Counted from the stretch's first letter, positions 17,720 to 27,300 are shown. The stretch: 64,000 nucleotides of DNA from a bacterium (GCA_024742305.1 JANSYQ010000006.1:65240-129239), one strand, 5' to 3'. Notes: generated from the sequence alone by a model not told the origin. Translations and numbers: made by a program.

Positions 17720-18370
17720 ATGATGATCCATAATTTGTCCGAATCGAACTCCATTTTTCAAACTTTCGTCGCAGAATTGCGGGATGTTGAAATTCAAACG
17801 GACCCGATGCGATTTCGAAGAAATCTTGAACGAATCAGCGAGGTTTTAGGGTACGAACTATCGAAAAAATTGCACTACACGCAAAAGGAGGTGGAGACGC
17901 CGTTGGGAACAACGGAAGTTCCATTATTGAAAGAACAGCCTGTTCTGGCAACCATTTTACGCGCTGGTTTGGGAATGCACCTCGGATTACTTAATTATTT
18001 TGACCGTGCAGAAAGTGCTTTCGTAAGTGCGTATCGAAAACATACTACACCAGAAGATTTTGATGTATTTGTGGAATATATGGCAGCTCCGGCGATAGAT
18101 GGTAAGGACCTCATTATTTCGGATCCAATGTTGGCGACAGGAACATCGATGGCTTTAGTGTATAAAGCTCTTTTACAACAAGGGAATCCACGAAGTATTT
18201 TTGTGGTTTCTGCTATTGCCACACCGGATGCATTGGATTTTCTCAAACAAAAACTTCCAGCAAGAACGGAGTACTACATTGGAGCTATTGATAACGAGTT
18301 GACGGCAGAATCTTACATTGTTCCGGGGCTTGGAGATGCCGGAGATTTGGCATACGGCGTGAAGGTTTAA
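17720..18370 (+). CDS. upp: uracil phosphoribosyltransferase
   Basis: MMIHNLSESNSIFQTFVAELRDVEIQTDPMRFRRNLERI.. and PRPP loop IISDPMLATGTS. The start is placed at ATG 17720 rather than the upstream alternative at 17669. Confidence 0.92.
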   Translation: MMIHNLSESNSIFQTFVAELRDVEIQTDPMRFRRNLERISEVLGYELSKKLHYTQKEVETPLGTTEVPLLKEQPVLATILRAGLGMHLGLLNYFDRAESAFVSAYRKHTTPEDFDVFVEYMAAPAIDGKDLIISDPMLATGTSMALVYKALLQQGNPRSIFVVSAIATPDALDFLKQKLPARTEYYIGAIDNELTAESYIVPGLGDAGDLAYGVKV

Positions 18371-18373
18371 GCA

Positions 18374-18835
18374 ATGAATTGGCTTGCATATCTCACTTTG
18401 GCTGGGTTGTCCAGTATTAAATTCATGTTTGCTCCAGCTTTTGGACTGGTTTGGAAATTGTCCTTCTTGGAAACCTACTTGAGTTGTGTCACAGGAGCCA
18501 TAATCACAGCTGTTATTTTTTACTACGGTGCCAATTACTTCATGCGTAGAAACCATCAAAAAAAAGTAGAGAAGTATCGCAAGAGTATAGCTGAAGGTAC
18601 TACCTACAAACGAAAGAAAAACTTTACGAGAATTAACAAAGCCGTTGTACGTGTAAAGCGTTCCATTGGAATTTTCGGTATTTCGATGTGGGCTCCTTTT
18701 TTTCTCTCGGTTCCCATTGGCTCCATCGTTACAGCCAAATTCTTCGGTAAGCGAAAAATTACCTTTTTCATCATTGTTTGCGGCATTTTCGTCAACGGAT
18801 TTGTTAGCACCTTGATCACCTACTTGTTTGCATGA
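18374..18835 (+). CDS. small integral membrane protein (about 4 TM), function unknown
   Basis: 153 aa with hydrophobic helices and a basic loop. It lies 3 nt after upp and has an ATGA overlap with the next gene. Confidence 0.65.
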   Translation: MNWLAYLTLAGLSSIKFMFAPAFGLVWKLSFLETYLSCVTGAIITAVIFYYGANYFMRRNHQKKVEKYRKSIAEGTTYKRKKNFTRINKAVVRVKRSIGIFGISMWAPFFLSVPIGSIVTAKFFGKRKITFFIIVCGIFVNGFVSTLITYLFA

Positions 18836-19533
18836 AAAAACACATCTTTTTCGATTTAGACAGAACACTTTGGGATTTCGAAAAAAACTCCGAACAGGCA
18901 CTGCGTATCCTATACGAAGATCTGAGTTTGGGTAATCACATGCGCGACTTCGAAACTTTCTTCAAGTCGTATAAGAAGATCAATGCGAACTTATGGAACT
19001 CCTACGGAACAGGGAAAATAACCAAGGATGTTTTGCGCATCAAACGGTTTGAGGACACCCTTAAAAGTTTTCAGGTAGACGCCCCGGAAATTGCCCATAA
19101 ATTAGCCGATGGGTACGTAGCAATTTCCCCACGACAGAAAAATATCTTCCCCAATACATTGGAAACACTGGAAGCATTGAAGCAAGAAGGAAAAGAGCTG
19201 CATATTATCACCAATGGATTCAAAGAGGTACAATTCATCAAGTTAGAAAACTGTGGCTTGCTCAATTTTTTCGATGTGATTATTTGCTCGGAAGATGTCG
19301 GAAAGAATAAACCTGCCCCTGAAATTTTCCAACACACTATGCAACTTGCGAAAGCCAAACCGGAGGAAAGTGTAATGATTGGTGATGATTTGCGCGTAGA
19401 TGTTCAAGGTGCCGAACGTCAAGGTATGACGGGAGTTTTGTTCGATCCGCACAGACAATATAACGAGCGAGCTCACGAATGGCGCATATTCGACTTGAGT
19501 AGATTGCCAGAGATTGTTCCGTTTATGAAGTAG
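18832..19533 (+). CDS. HAD-superfamily hydrolase (YjjG-like nucleotidase subfamily)
   Basis: HAD motif I FFDLDRTLWDF, motif II ITNG, and motif IV MIGDDLRVDVQGA. Confidence 0.85.
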   Translation: MKKHIFFDLDRTLWDFEKNSEQALRILYEDLSLGNHMRDFETFFKSYKKINANLWNSYGTGKITKDVLRIKRFEDTLKSFQVDAPEIAHKLADGYVAISPRQKNIFPNTLETLEALKQEGKELHIITNGFKEVQFIKLENCGLLNFFDVIICSEDVGKNKPAPEIFQHTMQLAKAKPEESVMIGDDLRVDVQGAERQGMTGVLFDPHRQYNERAHEWRIFDLSRLPEIVPFMK

Positions 19534-19537
19534 GTTG

Positions 19538-19611
19538 TAGACACTAGACCACTCATTGCAGTCGCTTCTAGATGAAAGATCAAAGACGGAAAGACAAAAG
19601 ACTCGTTAGAT
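19538..19611. repeat. degenerate AGAC/AGAT heptanucleotide array in a convergent-gene junction
   Basis: AGAC at 19539 and 19546; AGAT at 19570 and 19577; AGAC at 19584, 19592 and 19599; AGAT at 19608. Spacing is mostly 7 nt. It shares the exact 12-mer TAGACACTAGAC with the array at 32.4 kb. Confidence 0.6.
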
Positions 19612-19724
19612 CTTTTCTCTGATAGCAACCAATACCTCAGGTCATCGAGCTAGCGCTGTACTGAGCATTGCTTTTTCAAAGCTCCCGCTAAGTAAAGCAA
19701 AGTCGAAGTATCGAGATGCCGTGT

Positions 19725-20186
19725 TTAGCGCCTTACCATCCGCAGCTTCTGCGGTTTGAGAATTCCATGATGATGAATCAATAACTTTAATCGATTTCGA
19801 GAGAAAAGACCAAATTTAAATTCCAATTCTTCCAATCGGTTTCCGTTTAGCCCGGTAAACTTCATTTTTCTTCTCTTCCCAACAAGCACCTTTTCTTTGA
19901 TACGAATCGAGTCGTTTACCATGTGATATGCCGTGAGATTCAGGATCAAACGCTTGTTCACATAGCTGATCTCGAATTTTTCAGCAACCAGCGTGTCGCC
20001 TAGCTTATTAATGCGAAAGGACTCGCCATACATTACCTCACCGCGGCGCTCCCATTTCTCATAACCACTGCCCTGACGGTATTCCCACAATCCCTCCAAT
20101 TTCTTTACTCGATTGGGCAATTGTGCAAACAACAACGATGTGCTGGTGACGAAAAAAAGAAAAACAACCAACGATTTCATAGGCAT
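19725..20186 (-). CDS. small secreted hypothetical protein
   Basis: 153 aa with signal peptide MPMKSLVVFLFFVTSTSLLFAQ. No recognised motif. Confidence 0.6.
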   Translation of the reverse strand: MPMKSLVVFLFFVTSTSLLFAQLPNRVKKLEGLWEYRQGSGYEKWERRGEVMYGESFRINKLGDTLVAEKFEISYVNKRLILNLTAYHMVNDSIRIKEKVLVGKRRKMKFTGLNGNRLEELEFKFGLFSRNRLKLLIHHHGILKPQKLRMVRR

Positions 20187-20197
20187 CCATTTTAGAA

Positions 20198-20977
20198 TTA
20201 ATACAACTCCTGTCGTAATTTCTCATACAAAACCATGCCAGCCGCAACACTTACATTCAAAGAAGCGATTTCTCCACGCATTGGAATGCGGCAACTAAGG
20301 TCCGCAAGGTTGATTAAATCCTGCGTCACGCCATCCTTCTCTGAACCCATGATAACAGCAACTGATCCGCGCAAATTGGTTTCATACAGCGGAACGCTTC
20401 CTTTTTCCGTACAAGCTACCAATCGAACACCACATTGTTGAAGGTAGAACAACGTATCTTTCAAACTATCCGTTTTACAGACCTTGATTCTGTTCAAAGC
20501 ACCTGCTGAAGTTTTGATCGCATCAGGCGTTACAGTCACAGACCCTTTGGAAGGAATGATGATAGCATCTACCCCTTCACATTCTGCCGTTCGAGCAATG
20601 GCACCAAAATTTCGTACGTCTGTCAATCGGTCCAGCGCCAAAACAAATGGTTTCTTCCCTTCCTCCAAAAGTCCTTCAATAAGTTCTTCTGCTTTATGAT
20701 ACTCGATGGGAGAAACGTAAGCAATAACTCCTTGGTGATTGTTCTCCGTAATGGCATTCAATTTCTCGGTAGGAACAAATTGTAGCGGATAATTCTCCCC
20801 TTTCAATGCCTCCTTCAGTTCCAAAAAGAGTTCTTTGTTCATCCCTTTTTGAATGAGAATTTTGTTTAACTCTCTTCCTGCCTTCACGGCTTCAATTACG
20901 GCACGAACTCCAAAAATGTAGTCACCGGTGTCCTTCTTTTTTCGCGGTCGATTGTCGTATTTTGGTCTTCTCTCCAT
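20198..20977 (-). CDS. rlmB: 23S rRNA (guanosine-2'-O)-methyltransferase, SpoU/TrmH family (RlmB-type)
   Basis: N-terminal SpoU substrate-binding segment IFGVRAVIEAVKAG. SpoU motifs ..LDRLTDVRNFGAIARTAE.., ..VIMGSEKDGV.. and ..IPMRGEIASLNVSVAAG... Confidence 0.88.
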   Translation of the reverse strand: MERRPKYDNRPRKKKDTGDYIFGVRAVIEAVKAGRELNKILIQKGMNKELFLELKEALKGENYPLQFVPTEKLNAITENNHQGVIAYVSPIEYHKAEELIEGLLEEGKKPFVLALDRLTDVRNFGAIARTAECEGVDAIIIPSKGSVTVTPDAIKTSAGALNRIKVCKTDSLKDTLFYLQQCGVRLVACTEKGSVPLYETNLRGSVAVIMGSEKDGVTQDLINLADLSCRIPMRGEIASLNVSVAAGMVLYEKLRQELY

Positions 20978-20978
20978 C

Positions 20979-21383
20979 TTAAAATCTATATGTCATTTCT
21001 ATTTCGATGTCCGGATGCACTGACTTTGCTACCGGGCAGGCTTCAGCCACTCTTTTGATTCGGTCGCACAATTCCTCGTCCCACCCATTTCCGCTCAGGT
21101 CAAGAGTAATTTCCAAACGTGCAATTCTTCTCGGAGCATCTCCCATAACCTTCGTTACATCCGCATGTCCATTTTTGAAAGCAATATCGTTTTTATCGCA
21201 GTGAATTCCAATCACCGTCAACATGCATGATGCGTACGCAGTAGCCACCAAATCTGTTGGGGAAAATGCCTCTCCTTTTCCATTATTATCCGTGGGAGCA
21301 TCCGTTATTATTTTCTGTCCTGATTTCAAGTGCCTACAGGTTGTGCGAAGGTTCCCGTTATATTCCACTCTAGAGGTTGCCAT
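20979..21383 (-). CDS. OsmC/Ohr-family peroxiredoxin-like protein
   Basis: 134 aa. Contains ..[17 protein letters not shown].. and ..[10 protein letters not shown].., the two conserved Cys contexts of OsmC. Confidence 0.85.
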   Translation of the reverse strand: MATSRVEYNGNLRTTCRHLKSGQKIITDAPTDNNGKGEAFSPTDLVATAYASCMLTVIGIHCDKNDIAFKNGHADVTKVMGDAPRRIARLEITLDLSGNGWDEELCDRIKRVAEACPVAKSVHPDIEIEMTYRF

Positions 21384-21408
21384 ATCCTATCGAAATTCTG
21401 TAATTTTG
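21377..21408 (+). promoter_or_regulatory. candidate promoter for lipA
   Basis: (G)TTG at 21377-21379, a 21-nt spacer, then TAATTTTG (21401-21408), which matches TAnnTTTG. It lies 75 nt upstream of ATG 21483. Confidence 0.35.
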
Positions 21409-21482
21409 TACTATTGTTATCGTCTAAAACGATAGACAAAAGTAGCGTTATTTGGGCTACGGAACGAATTAAAACGAATGCG

Positions 21483-22355
21483 ATGAGTGAGATTAAAGAA
21501 GGAGAAGGTGCCGTTCGAATCAAAAAGCCAAAATGGTTGCGTGTAAAATTGCCGACAGGTGAAAATTACAAAAAGGTTCGATCGCTCGTGGAAGAGCACA
21601 ATCTGCATACGATATGTGAAAGCGGAAACTGCCCTAACATGGGAGAATGTTGGGGAGAAGGAACTGCTACATTCATGATTCTTGGAAACATCTGTACGCG
21701 TTCTTGTGGGTTCTGTGCCGTAAAAACAGGTCGCCCAGACGAAGTGGATATTTACGAACCGGGGAAAGTTGCGCACAGCGTGAAAACCATGGGCGTAAAA
21801 CACGCCGTTATCACTTCAGTAGATCGGGATGATTTGAAAGATGGAGGCTCTCAAATTTGGGCTCAAACCGTTCGCGCTATTCGTAATCAATGTCCCGGAA
21901 CTACCTTGGAGACACTGATTCCTGATTTTGGTGGACACTGGGAGAATCTTCAAGTAATTATAGATGTTGCTCCTGAGATTGTAAGTCACAACCTAGAAAC
22001 AGTGCGCCGACTCACGAAAGAAGTTCGCATTCAAGCCAAGTACGACCGCAGTTTGGAAGTGTTGTTCCGTTTGAAGAAAGGAGGAATGAAAACAAAATCC
22101 GGGGTAATGCTCGGATTGGGTGAAACGCACGAGGAAATCATTGAAACAATGGAAGATTTGCGTAGTGTAGATGTTGACATTCTTACGTTAGGACAGTATC
22201 TTCAACCAACACCGAAGCATTTACCGATTGACGAATTCGTTACTCCAGAAAGATTTGCCGAATACAAAGAACTCGGCTTAAAAATGGGCTTCAAATATGT
22301 AGAAAGTGGTCCATTAGTACGTTCATCGTATCGTGCGGAAAAACATCTCTTTTAA
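21483..22355 (+). CDS. lipA: lipoyl synthase
   Basis: [10 protein letters not shown], auxiliary cluster [12 protein letters not shown], and radical-SAM [10 protein letters not shown]. The start is placed at ATG 21483 (MSEIKEG..), because the track ORF start at 21330 overlaps the divergent OsmC gene. Confidence 0.95.
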   Translation: MSEIKEGEGAVRIKKPKWLRVKLPTGENYKKVRSLVEEHNLHTICESGNCPNMGECWGEGTATFMILGNICTRSCGFCAVKTGRPDEVDIYEPGKVAHSVKTMGVKHAVITSVDRDDLKDGGSQIWAQTVRAIRNQCPGTTLETLIPDFGGHWENLQVIIDVAPEIVSHNLETVRRLTKEVRIQAKYDRSLEVLFRLKKGGMKTKSGVMLGLGETHEEIIETMEDLRSVDVDILTLGQYLQPTPKHLPIDEFVTPERFAEYKELGLKMGFKYVESGPLVRSSYRAEKHLF

Positions 22356-22454
22356 TCAAGGGATACTACCGTTAACTCACTGACCCTTATTTATTCCCCT
22401 GCCGAAGTTTCTTTTTTCGTACTTTGCAAGCCTACAACTCATGTTACTTGTACT

Positions 22455-24683
22455 ATGAAACGAAAACTTCTCTCCCTAGCAGTAGGGGTATTCGGGCTTT
22501 CTTCTGTTTTTGCCCAAGATTTGAACGGCGTTTGTGGAGCATACACAGCGCAAGAACAACTTTTCAATCAATATCCGGAATTACGCGAGCAATACGAAGC
22601 TTACCGATTGCTTCAAAACAGCGCAGTAACTTCTACGGTCAATGGAAAATCATCTGTGAGCTACGAAATCCCAGTAGTATTCCACATTCTTCATGAATAC
22701 GGAAACGAACTAATTTCTGATGCTCAAGTATATGATGCCATGGAGGTAATCAACCGTGAGTTTAACGCGGCAGATGCCGATTCCGTAGATCTTGTTCCTG
22801 AATTTCAAAATTTGAACGGTAATTCGAGAATCACGTTCAAACTTGCCGCAAAGGATCCGTTCGGAAATTGTACCAACGGAATTGAACACATATACTCGCA
22901 CGAAACGCGTGTGGGGGACGCCTTCTCCAAAGTAAACCAATGGAACCGTAGTCGTTACTTGAATATTTGGGTAGTAGACATCGTTGGTGTGCCAGGTGCA
23001 GCTGCTTACGCTACTTTCCCAGCGAGTACTGATGGTTCTGGATTTTGGGTGGATGGTGTACTATCCGGTCATAATTACGTAGGTACTATCGGAACTGGAA
23101 GTCCAGGTGTTGAATCGGTGATCACTCACGAAATTGGTCACTGGCTTGGACTTGCGCACACATTTGGCGACTCCGATTTGATCAACAATGGTCCTACAGT
23201 ATGTAACGACGACGGTATTGCCGATACACCTCCAACGAAAGGACACCAAAACTGTAATTACATCTACCCTACAGAGTGGATTGATTGCGATACGACCAAT
23301 GGCGGTGTTGTAGAGGATATTCAAAACTACATGGATTACTCTTATTGTTATCGTCACTTCACTCCGGGGCAGTGTACAGCGATGAACAATACTTTAGAAG
23401 GAATAGCTGGACAGCGAAATAACCTTTGGACAGATTCTACTTTGATCCTTACCGGAATTAAAGATCTGGAGATGCCTCAAGATCCAAACAACGAACTTAC
23501 AGTTCCCCTTTGTACACCGGTAGCAGATTTCTTTGCCAATCAAACAACGGCATGTGCGGGTACACCGATTACGTTTACTGACGTTTCTTGGAATGCAGTG
23601 GTTGATAGCCGCACTTGGACCTTCGAAGATGGTACGCCAGCCACTTCCACTTCCGGAGTTGCTAACGTGACTTTCAGTGGGTCGGGTTGGAAAAAAGTAA
23701 CCCTAACAGTAACCAATGCTACAGGTTCTGACACGCGGGAAGAAACGGATTACATCTACATCTCAGGAAACTGGGCCGAGGCTAACGGCCCAACGTTATT
23801 CGATATGGAATCAGAAACAGCTATTGGAACTGGAACAAACTACTTCCTTACGCAAAATCCTGAAGACAATTATGGGAAATTCAACGTTGTCAGCGATAAC
23901 GGATACGACGGAAGTAAGGCTTGGAAACTACAAACATACTTCGACAATTCTCAGTCAGATCCTTTTACAGACGAAGGATTCTACAACCAACGATTGGGAT
24001 TGAGCATGGACCACTTGATTACTCCAGCTATTGACTTGCGTTACACATCCAACGTTTCCGTTTCTTTCAAATATGCGTACGCGACAAATGCTACAAACAC
24101 CGCTGATATCACAGAAAATCTACGTGTGTATACATCGAGTAACTGTGGGCAAAACTGGACACCGCGCATTCTTACAGTAGATGGGTCTACTGTTGGTTCA
24201 ACGCTAACAGGAAATGACTTAGTAACTGCAGGATATGCGGGCTACACAGATTTCGAACCGGTAAATAACGGCATGTGGAAAGAGGCGACATTTACTTTCA
24301 ACACGACAACGAACGATAACAAAACGCGCATTCGATTCTCTTTTGAGGCATCCGACAATGCAAGTAATTTGTTTATCGACAACATTCAAATCAATGGGAC
24401 ACTTAATACTGAAGATCCATTCATGAAAGACATGGAGATTAATGTGTACCCGAACCCAAATCAAGGAGAAGCAATTTCTGTAAGCTACTATGCACAAAAC
24501 TTCCCGGTGACTTTCACGCTTCGTGATTCACAAGGAAAGTTGGTTTCTGTAGATCAGAACAACACCACAAATGGATTGGTGACACACCAAGTGGCAGCTA
24601 GCACAAACTTGAGCGCAGGATGCTATCTTCTTGAAGTTCAAAGCGGTGACCACAGCGTTATCAAAAAAGTGGTAGTCTTGTAA
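22455..24683 (+). CDS. M43 (pappalysin/cytophagalysin-type) zinc metalloprotease with PKD domain and T9SS C-terminal domain, paralog 1
   Basis: Signal peptide present. Metzincin motif HEIGHWLGLAH at nt 23127-23159. PKD-like ..ITFTDVSWNAVVDSRTWTFEDGTP..VTLTVTNATGSD. C-terminus ..INVYPNPNQGEAISVSY..CYLLEVQSGDHSVIKKVVVL. Confidence 0.9.
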   Translation: MKRKLLSLAVGVFGLSSVFAQDLNGVCGAYTAQEQLFNQYPELREQYEAYRLLQNSAVTSTVNGKSSVSYEIPVVFHILHEYGNELISDAQVYDAMEVINREFNAADADSVDLVPEFQNLNGNSRITFKLAAKDPFGNCTNGIEHIYSHETRVGDAFSKVNQWNRSRYLNIWVVDIVGVPGAAAYATFPASTDGSGFWVDGVLSGHNYVGTIGTGSPGVESVITHEIGHWLGLAHTFGDSDLINNGPTVCNDDGIADTPPTKGHQNCNYIYPTEWIDCDTTNGGVVEDIQNYMDYSYCYRHFTPGQCTAMNNTLEGIAGQRNNLWTDSTLILTGIKDLEMPQDPNNELTVPLCTPVADFFANQTTACAGTPITFTDVSWNAVVDSRTWTFEDGTPATSTSGVANVTFSGSGWKKVTLTVTNATGSDTREETDYIYISGNWAEANGPTLFDMESETAIGTGTNYFLTQNPEDNYGKFNVVSDNGYDGSKAWKLQTYFDNSQSDPFTDEGFYNQRLGLSMDHLITPAIDLRYTSNVSVSFKYAYATNATNTADITENLRVYTSSNCGQNWTPRILTVDGSTVGSTLTGNDLVTAGYAGYTDFEPVNNGMWKEATFTFNTTTNDNKTRIRFSFEASDNASNLFIDNIQINGTLNTEDPFMKDMEINVYPNPNQGEAISVSYYAQNFPVTFTLRDSQGKLVSVDQNNTTNGLVTHQVAASTNLSAGCYLLEVQSGDHSVIKKVVVL

Positions 24684-24817
24684 ATCCAGCTTTTCTTCAT
24701 ATCGTATTTGATTGAAAGTGTGTCTTTTGTTGTACTCGAAATGACAGGAATCAATTAGACCTGTATATTTCGTTGCAACTTTTAAAAGGCACATTTTCAA
24801 TTTTGTGTTAATAACAC

Positions 24818-24825
24818 TATCTTTG
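24818..24825 (+). promoter_or_regulatory. candidate -7 box TATCTTTG upstream of the second M43 protease
   Basis: Matches TAnnTTTG and lies 80 nt upstream of ATG 24905. The -33 element is imperfect (TTTT at 24794-24797). Confidence 0.25.
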
Positions 24826-24904
24826 GCTTGTTACACTGTAAAATTTGCATTCTTATCGGACGATTTGCAGTGGCATTTTAAGAGTTAATACACAATAAGT
24901 ACTT

Positions 24905-27169
24905 ATGAAAAAAAGAATATTCGCTATCGTTGCGGGGTCCTTCTTTGCCTTTACTGGTTTTGCACAGCAAGAAATTCCTTGTGCTACTGATGAAGCTTTA
25001 GAAAGCCTTCACGAGCAATTTCCACAGTTGAAGCAAGAGTATCTTGTGAATCAAGAGTTGTTGAGAAACAGTTTGCAAATTCAGACTGTTGTTGATGAGA
25101 ACGGGGTAGAAAAGAAAAAAGCTACCTACGTGATTCCAGTTGTATTTCACATTTTGCACGAATACGGATCAGAAAACATTCCGGATTCTCGCGTGTACAC
25201 AATCATGGAAGAATTGAATGAAGATTACAGCGCAACCAACCCAGACATCAGTCAGGTAGTAGCGCCGTTCGATACTGTGATCGGAGATGCCGATATCGAA
25301 TTTCGATTGGCTGCTTTGGATCCACTTGGTAACTGTACCAACGGAATCGAGCACATTTACAACCACGAGACAAATAACGGAGAATCGGTTTCTAAAATCA
25401 ATCAGTGGAACCGCGCGCGTTACATGAACGTTTGGGTTGTACACGAGCCAAATTCAGGAGGAACTATCCAAGGAACGCTTCTAGGGTATGCAACTTTCCC
25501 GTCAAGTACTGATGGATCAGGATTTTGGACAGACGGAATCGTTTGTCGTGATTACACAATTAACAGCGGTGACCGTACGTTGTCTCACGAGGCAGGTCAC
25601 TACTTAGGATTAGCGCACCCATTCAACGGAGTTTCTGACATCGGAAACCCAACACAGTGTGGTGATGACGGTGTAGCAGACACGCCTCCAACAGAAGGAT
25701 CGTTCTCTACATGTAACTTGGCATTGCCTACGTGTGACACAACACAAACGAATGTTCCAATCGCGAACGTTCAAAACATCATGGACTACTCTAGTTGTGC
25801 AGTGATGTTTACAGATGATCAAGCAACAATTATGAGCAATACGCTTCAAGGAATTGCTGGTCAGCGTAACCAATTGTGGCAAGATAGTACATTGGAGCTT
25901 ACAGGTGTAGACAACCTATCAGTACCTCAAGATCCAAATGATCAGTTGACAGTTCCATTGTGTACTCCAGTGGCTGACTTCTTCACTCCTGACGGAGTAT
26001 GTAAGACAGACGGATCTGCCGTATGTACTAAGACAGTATGTTTGGGATCTAACGTTCGTTTCGAAGATGCTTCATGGAATGCAGTGATTGATTCATACTC
26101 TTGGGAGTTCGAAGATGCAACACCAGCAACTTCTACTTCTGCAAACCCAATCGTAACTTTTGATTCTCCAGGTTGGAAAACAGTAACATTGACAGTAACA
26201 AACGCAGCTGGTTCAGATACTCGTGTTGCGCAAAACTACATCTATGTTTCTCCGAACTGGTCAGAAAACCAAGGACCAACAACTTTCGATATGGAAGTAG
26301 ACGTTGAGCCAGGAACTGGAAACTACCTTTTCCTTGTTGAGAACGTAGAAGATAACTTTAGCAAGTTTAGCGTTGTTGATGGAGTTGGATACGATCAGTC
26401 TCGCGCTTGGAAATTGCAAACATACTTCGATAACTCACAGGCTGATCCATTCACAGACGCATGGTTCTACAACTTCCGTTTGGGAGGAACTATTGATCGT
26501 TTGATCACGCCGTCTATCGAGTTGGCTTACACAACAAACGTAAACGTAACATTTAAGTATGCATACGCAACGAATGCTACTGTTAGTAACGATATCACAG
26601 AAGAGTTGAAAGTTTATTCTTCTCGCGATTGTGGAGAGTCTTGGACACCACGTATTCTTGCTGTTGAAGGATCTACTGTAGGAAGTGCAATCACAGGTGA
26701 CGATATCGTTACTGCTGGATACGCTTCTAATTCAGATTTCACTCCGTCAAACAACACGCAATGGAGAGAGGCTTCTTTCAGCTACACTCCAACAAGTGCA
26801 GACATGCAAACACGATTCATGTTCGAATTCCGCGCGTCTGATTTGGCAAGTAACCTTTTCATTGATAACATCAACGTAACTGGTGTATTGAACCTACAAG
26901 AAACTGGATTCGAAGGAATGGACCTTCAGGTATTCCCGAACCCATCTGCAGGTGAGCCAATCAACGTAACTTATATGGCACAAGACGAGCCAGTAGAGTT
27001 CACATTGTTGGATGCACAAGGAAAAGTAATTGCAACACAAGTAATCAACACTACAAACGCACAGGTAGCGACACAGTTGGAAAACACTGCGAACCTTCCA
27101 TCTGCGATGTACTTCCTTGAAGTAACAAGTGGAGATAACTCAACTACGCGCAAGGTAGTTGTGATGTAA
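24905..27169 (+). CDS. M43 zinc metalloprotease with PKD domain and T9SS C-terminal domain, paralog 2
   Basis: HEAGHYLGLAH metzincin motif and the same architecture as the upstream gene. Long shared blocks include LTVPLCTPVADFF, AWKLQTYFDNSQ.DPFTD and FKYAYATNAT. C-terminus ..LQVFPNPSAGEPINVTY..MYFLEVTSGDNSTTRKVVVM. Confidence 0.9.
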   Translation: MKKRIFAIVAGSFFAFTGFAQQEIPCATDEALESLHEQFPQLKQEYLVNQELLRNSLQIQTVVDENGVEKKKATYVIPVVFHILHEYGSENIPDSRVYTIMEELNEDYSATNPDISQVVAPFDTVIGDADIEFRLAALDPLGNCTNGIEHIYNHETNNGESVSKINQWNRARYMNVWVVHEPNSGGTIQGTLLGYATFPSSTDGSGFWTDGIVCRDYTINSGDRTLSHEAGHYLGLAHPFNGVSDIGNPTQCGDDGVADTPPTEGSFSTCNLALPTCDTTQTNVPIANVQNIMDYSSCAVMFTDDQATIMSNTLQGIAGQRNQLWQDSTLELTGVDNLSVPQDPNDQLTVPLCTPVADFFTPDGVCKTDGSAVCTKTVCLGSNVRFEDASWNAVIDSYSWEFEDATPATSTSANPIVTFDSPGWKTVTLTVTNAAGSDTRVAQNYIYVSPNWSENQGPTTFDMEVDVEPGTGNYLFLVENVEDNFSKFSVVDGVGYDQSRAWKLQTYFDNSQADPFTDAWFYNFRLGGTIDRLITPSIELAYTTNVNVTFKYAYATNATVSNDITEELKVYSSRDCGESWTPRILAVEGSTVGSAITGDDIVTAGYASNSDFTPSNNTQWREASFSYTPTSADMQTRFMFEFRASDLASNLFIDNINVTGVLNLQETGFEGMDLQVFPNPSAGEPINVTYMAQDEPVEFTLLDAQGKVIATQVINTTNAQVATQLENTANLPSAMYFLEVTSGDNSTTRKVVVM

Positions 27170-27188
27170 GACTTACATTAACTCATTG

Positions 27189-27224
27189 AACCCTGACATC
27201 CGAAAGGATCGTCAGGGTTTTTTT
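27189..27224 (+). terminator. intrinsic terminator after M43 paralog 2 (AACCCTGAC..GTCAGGGTT family)
   Basis: AACCCTGAC-ATCC-GAAA-GGAT-C-GTCAGGG followed by 7 T. It starts 20 nt after the TAA at 27167-27169. Confidence 0.8.
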
Positions 27225-27300
27225 ATGCGTTTTTGGCTAGATTCTTATTTCCGCATAACGGAAAATAGCTTGTGCTTTTCACGAACAACAAACTCCCCTA

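Noticed and set aside
18173-18901. 242-aa minus-strand ORF overlapping the 3' end of upp and the whole small membrane-protein gene
   Set aside because: The sequence is Cys/Asn/Arg-rich with no structure-like pattern, and it overlaps the conserved C-terminus of upp. The plus-strand 153-aa product has clean TM helices and is translationally coupled to its neighbours.
19626-19724. REP-like element (..CTGAGC..GCAAAGTCGAAGTATCGAGATGC..) downstream of the AGAC units
   Set aside because: It is reminiscent of GC-rich interspersed repeats seen in some Bacteroidota. However, there is no second copy in this window and no convincing inverted repeat, so the call cannot be supported from the sequence alone.
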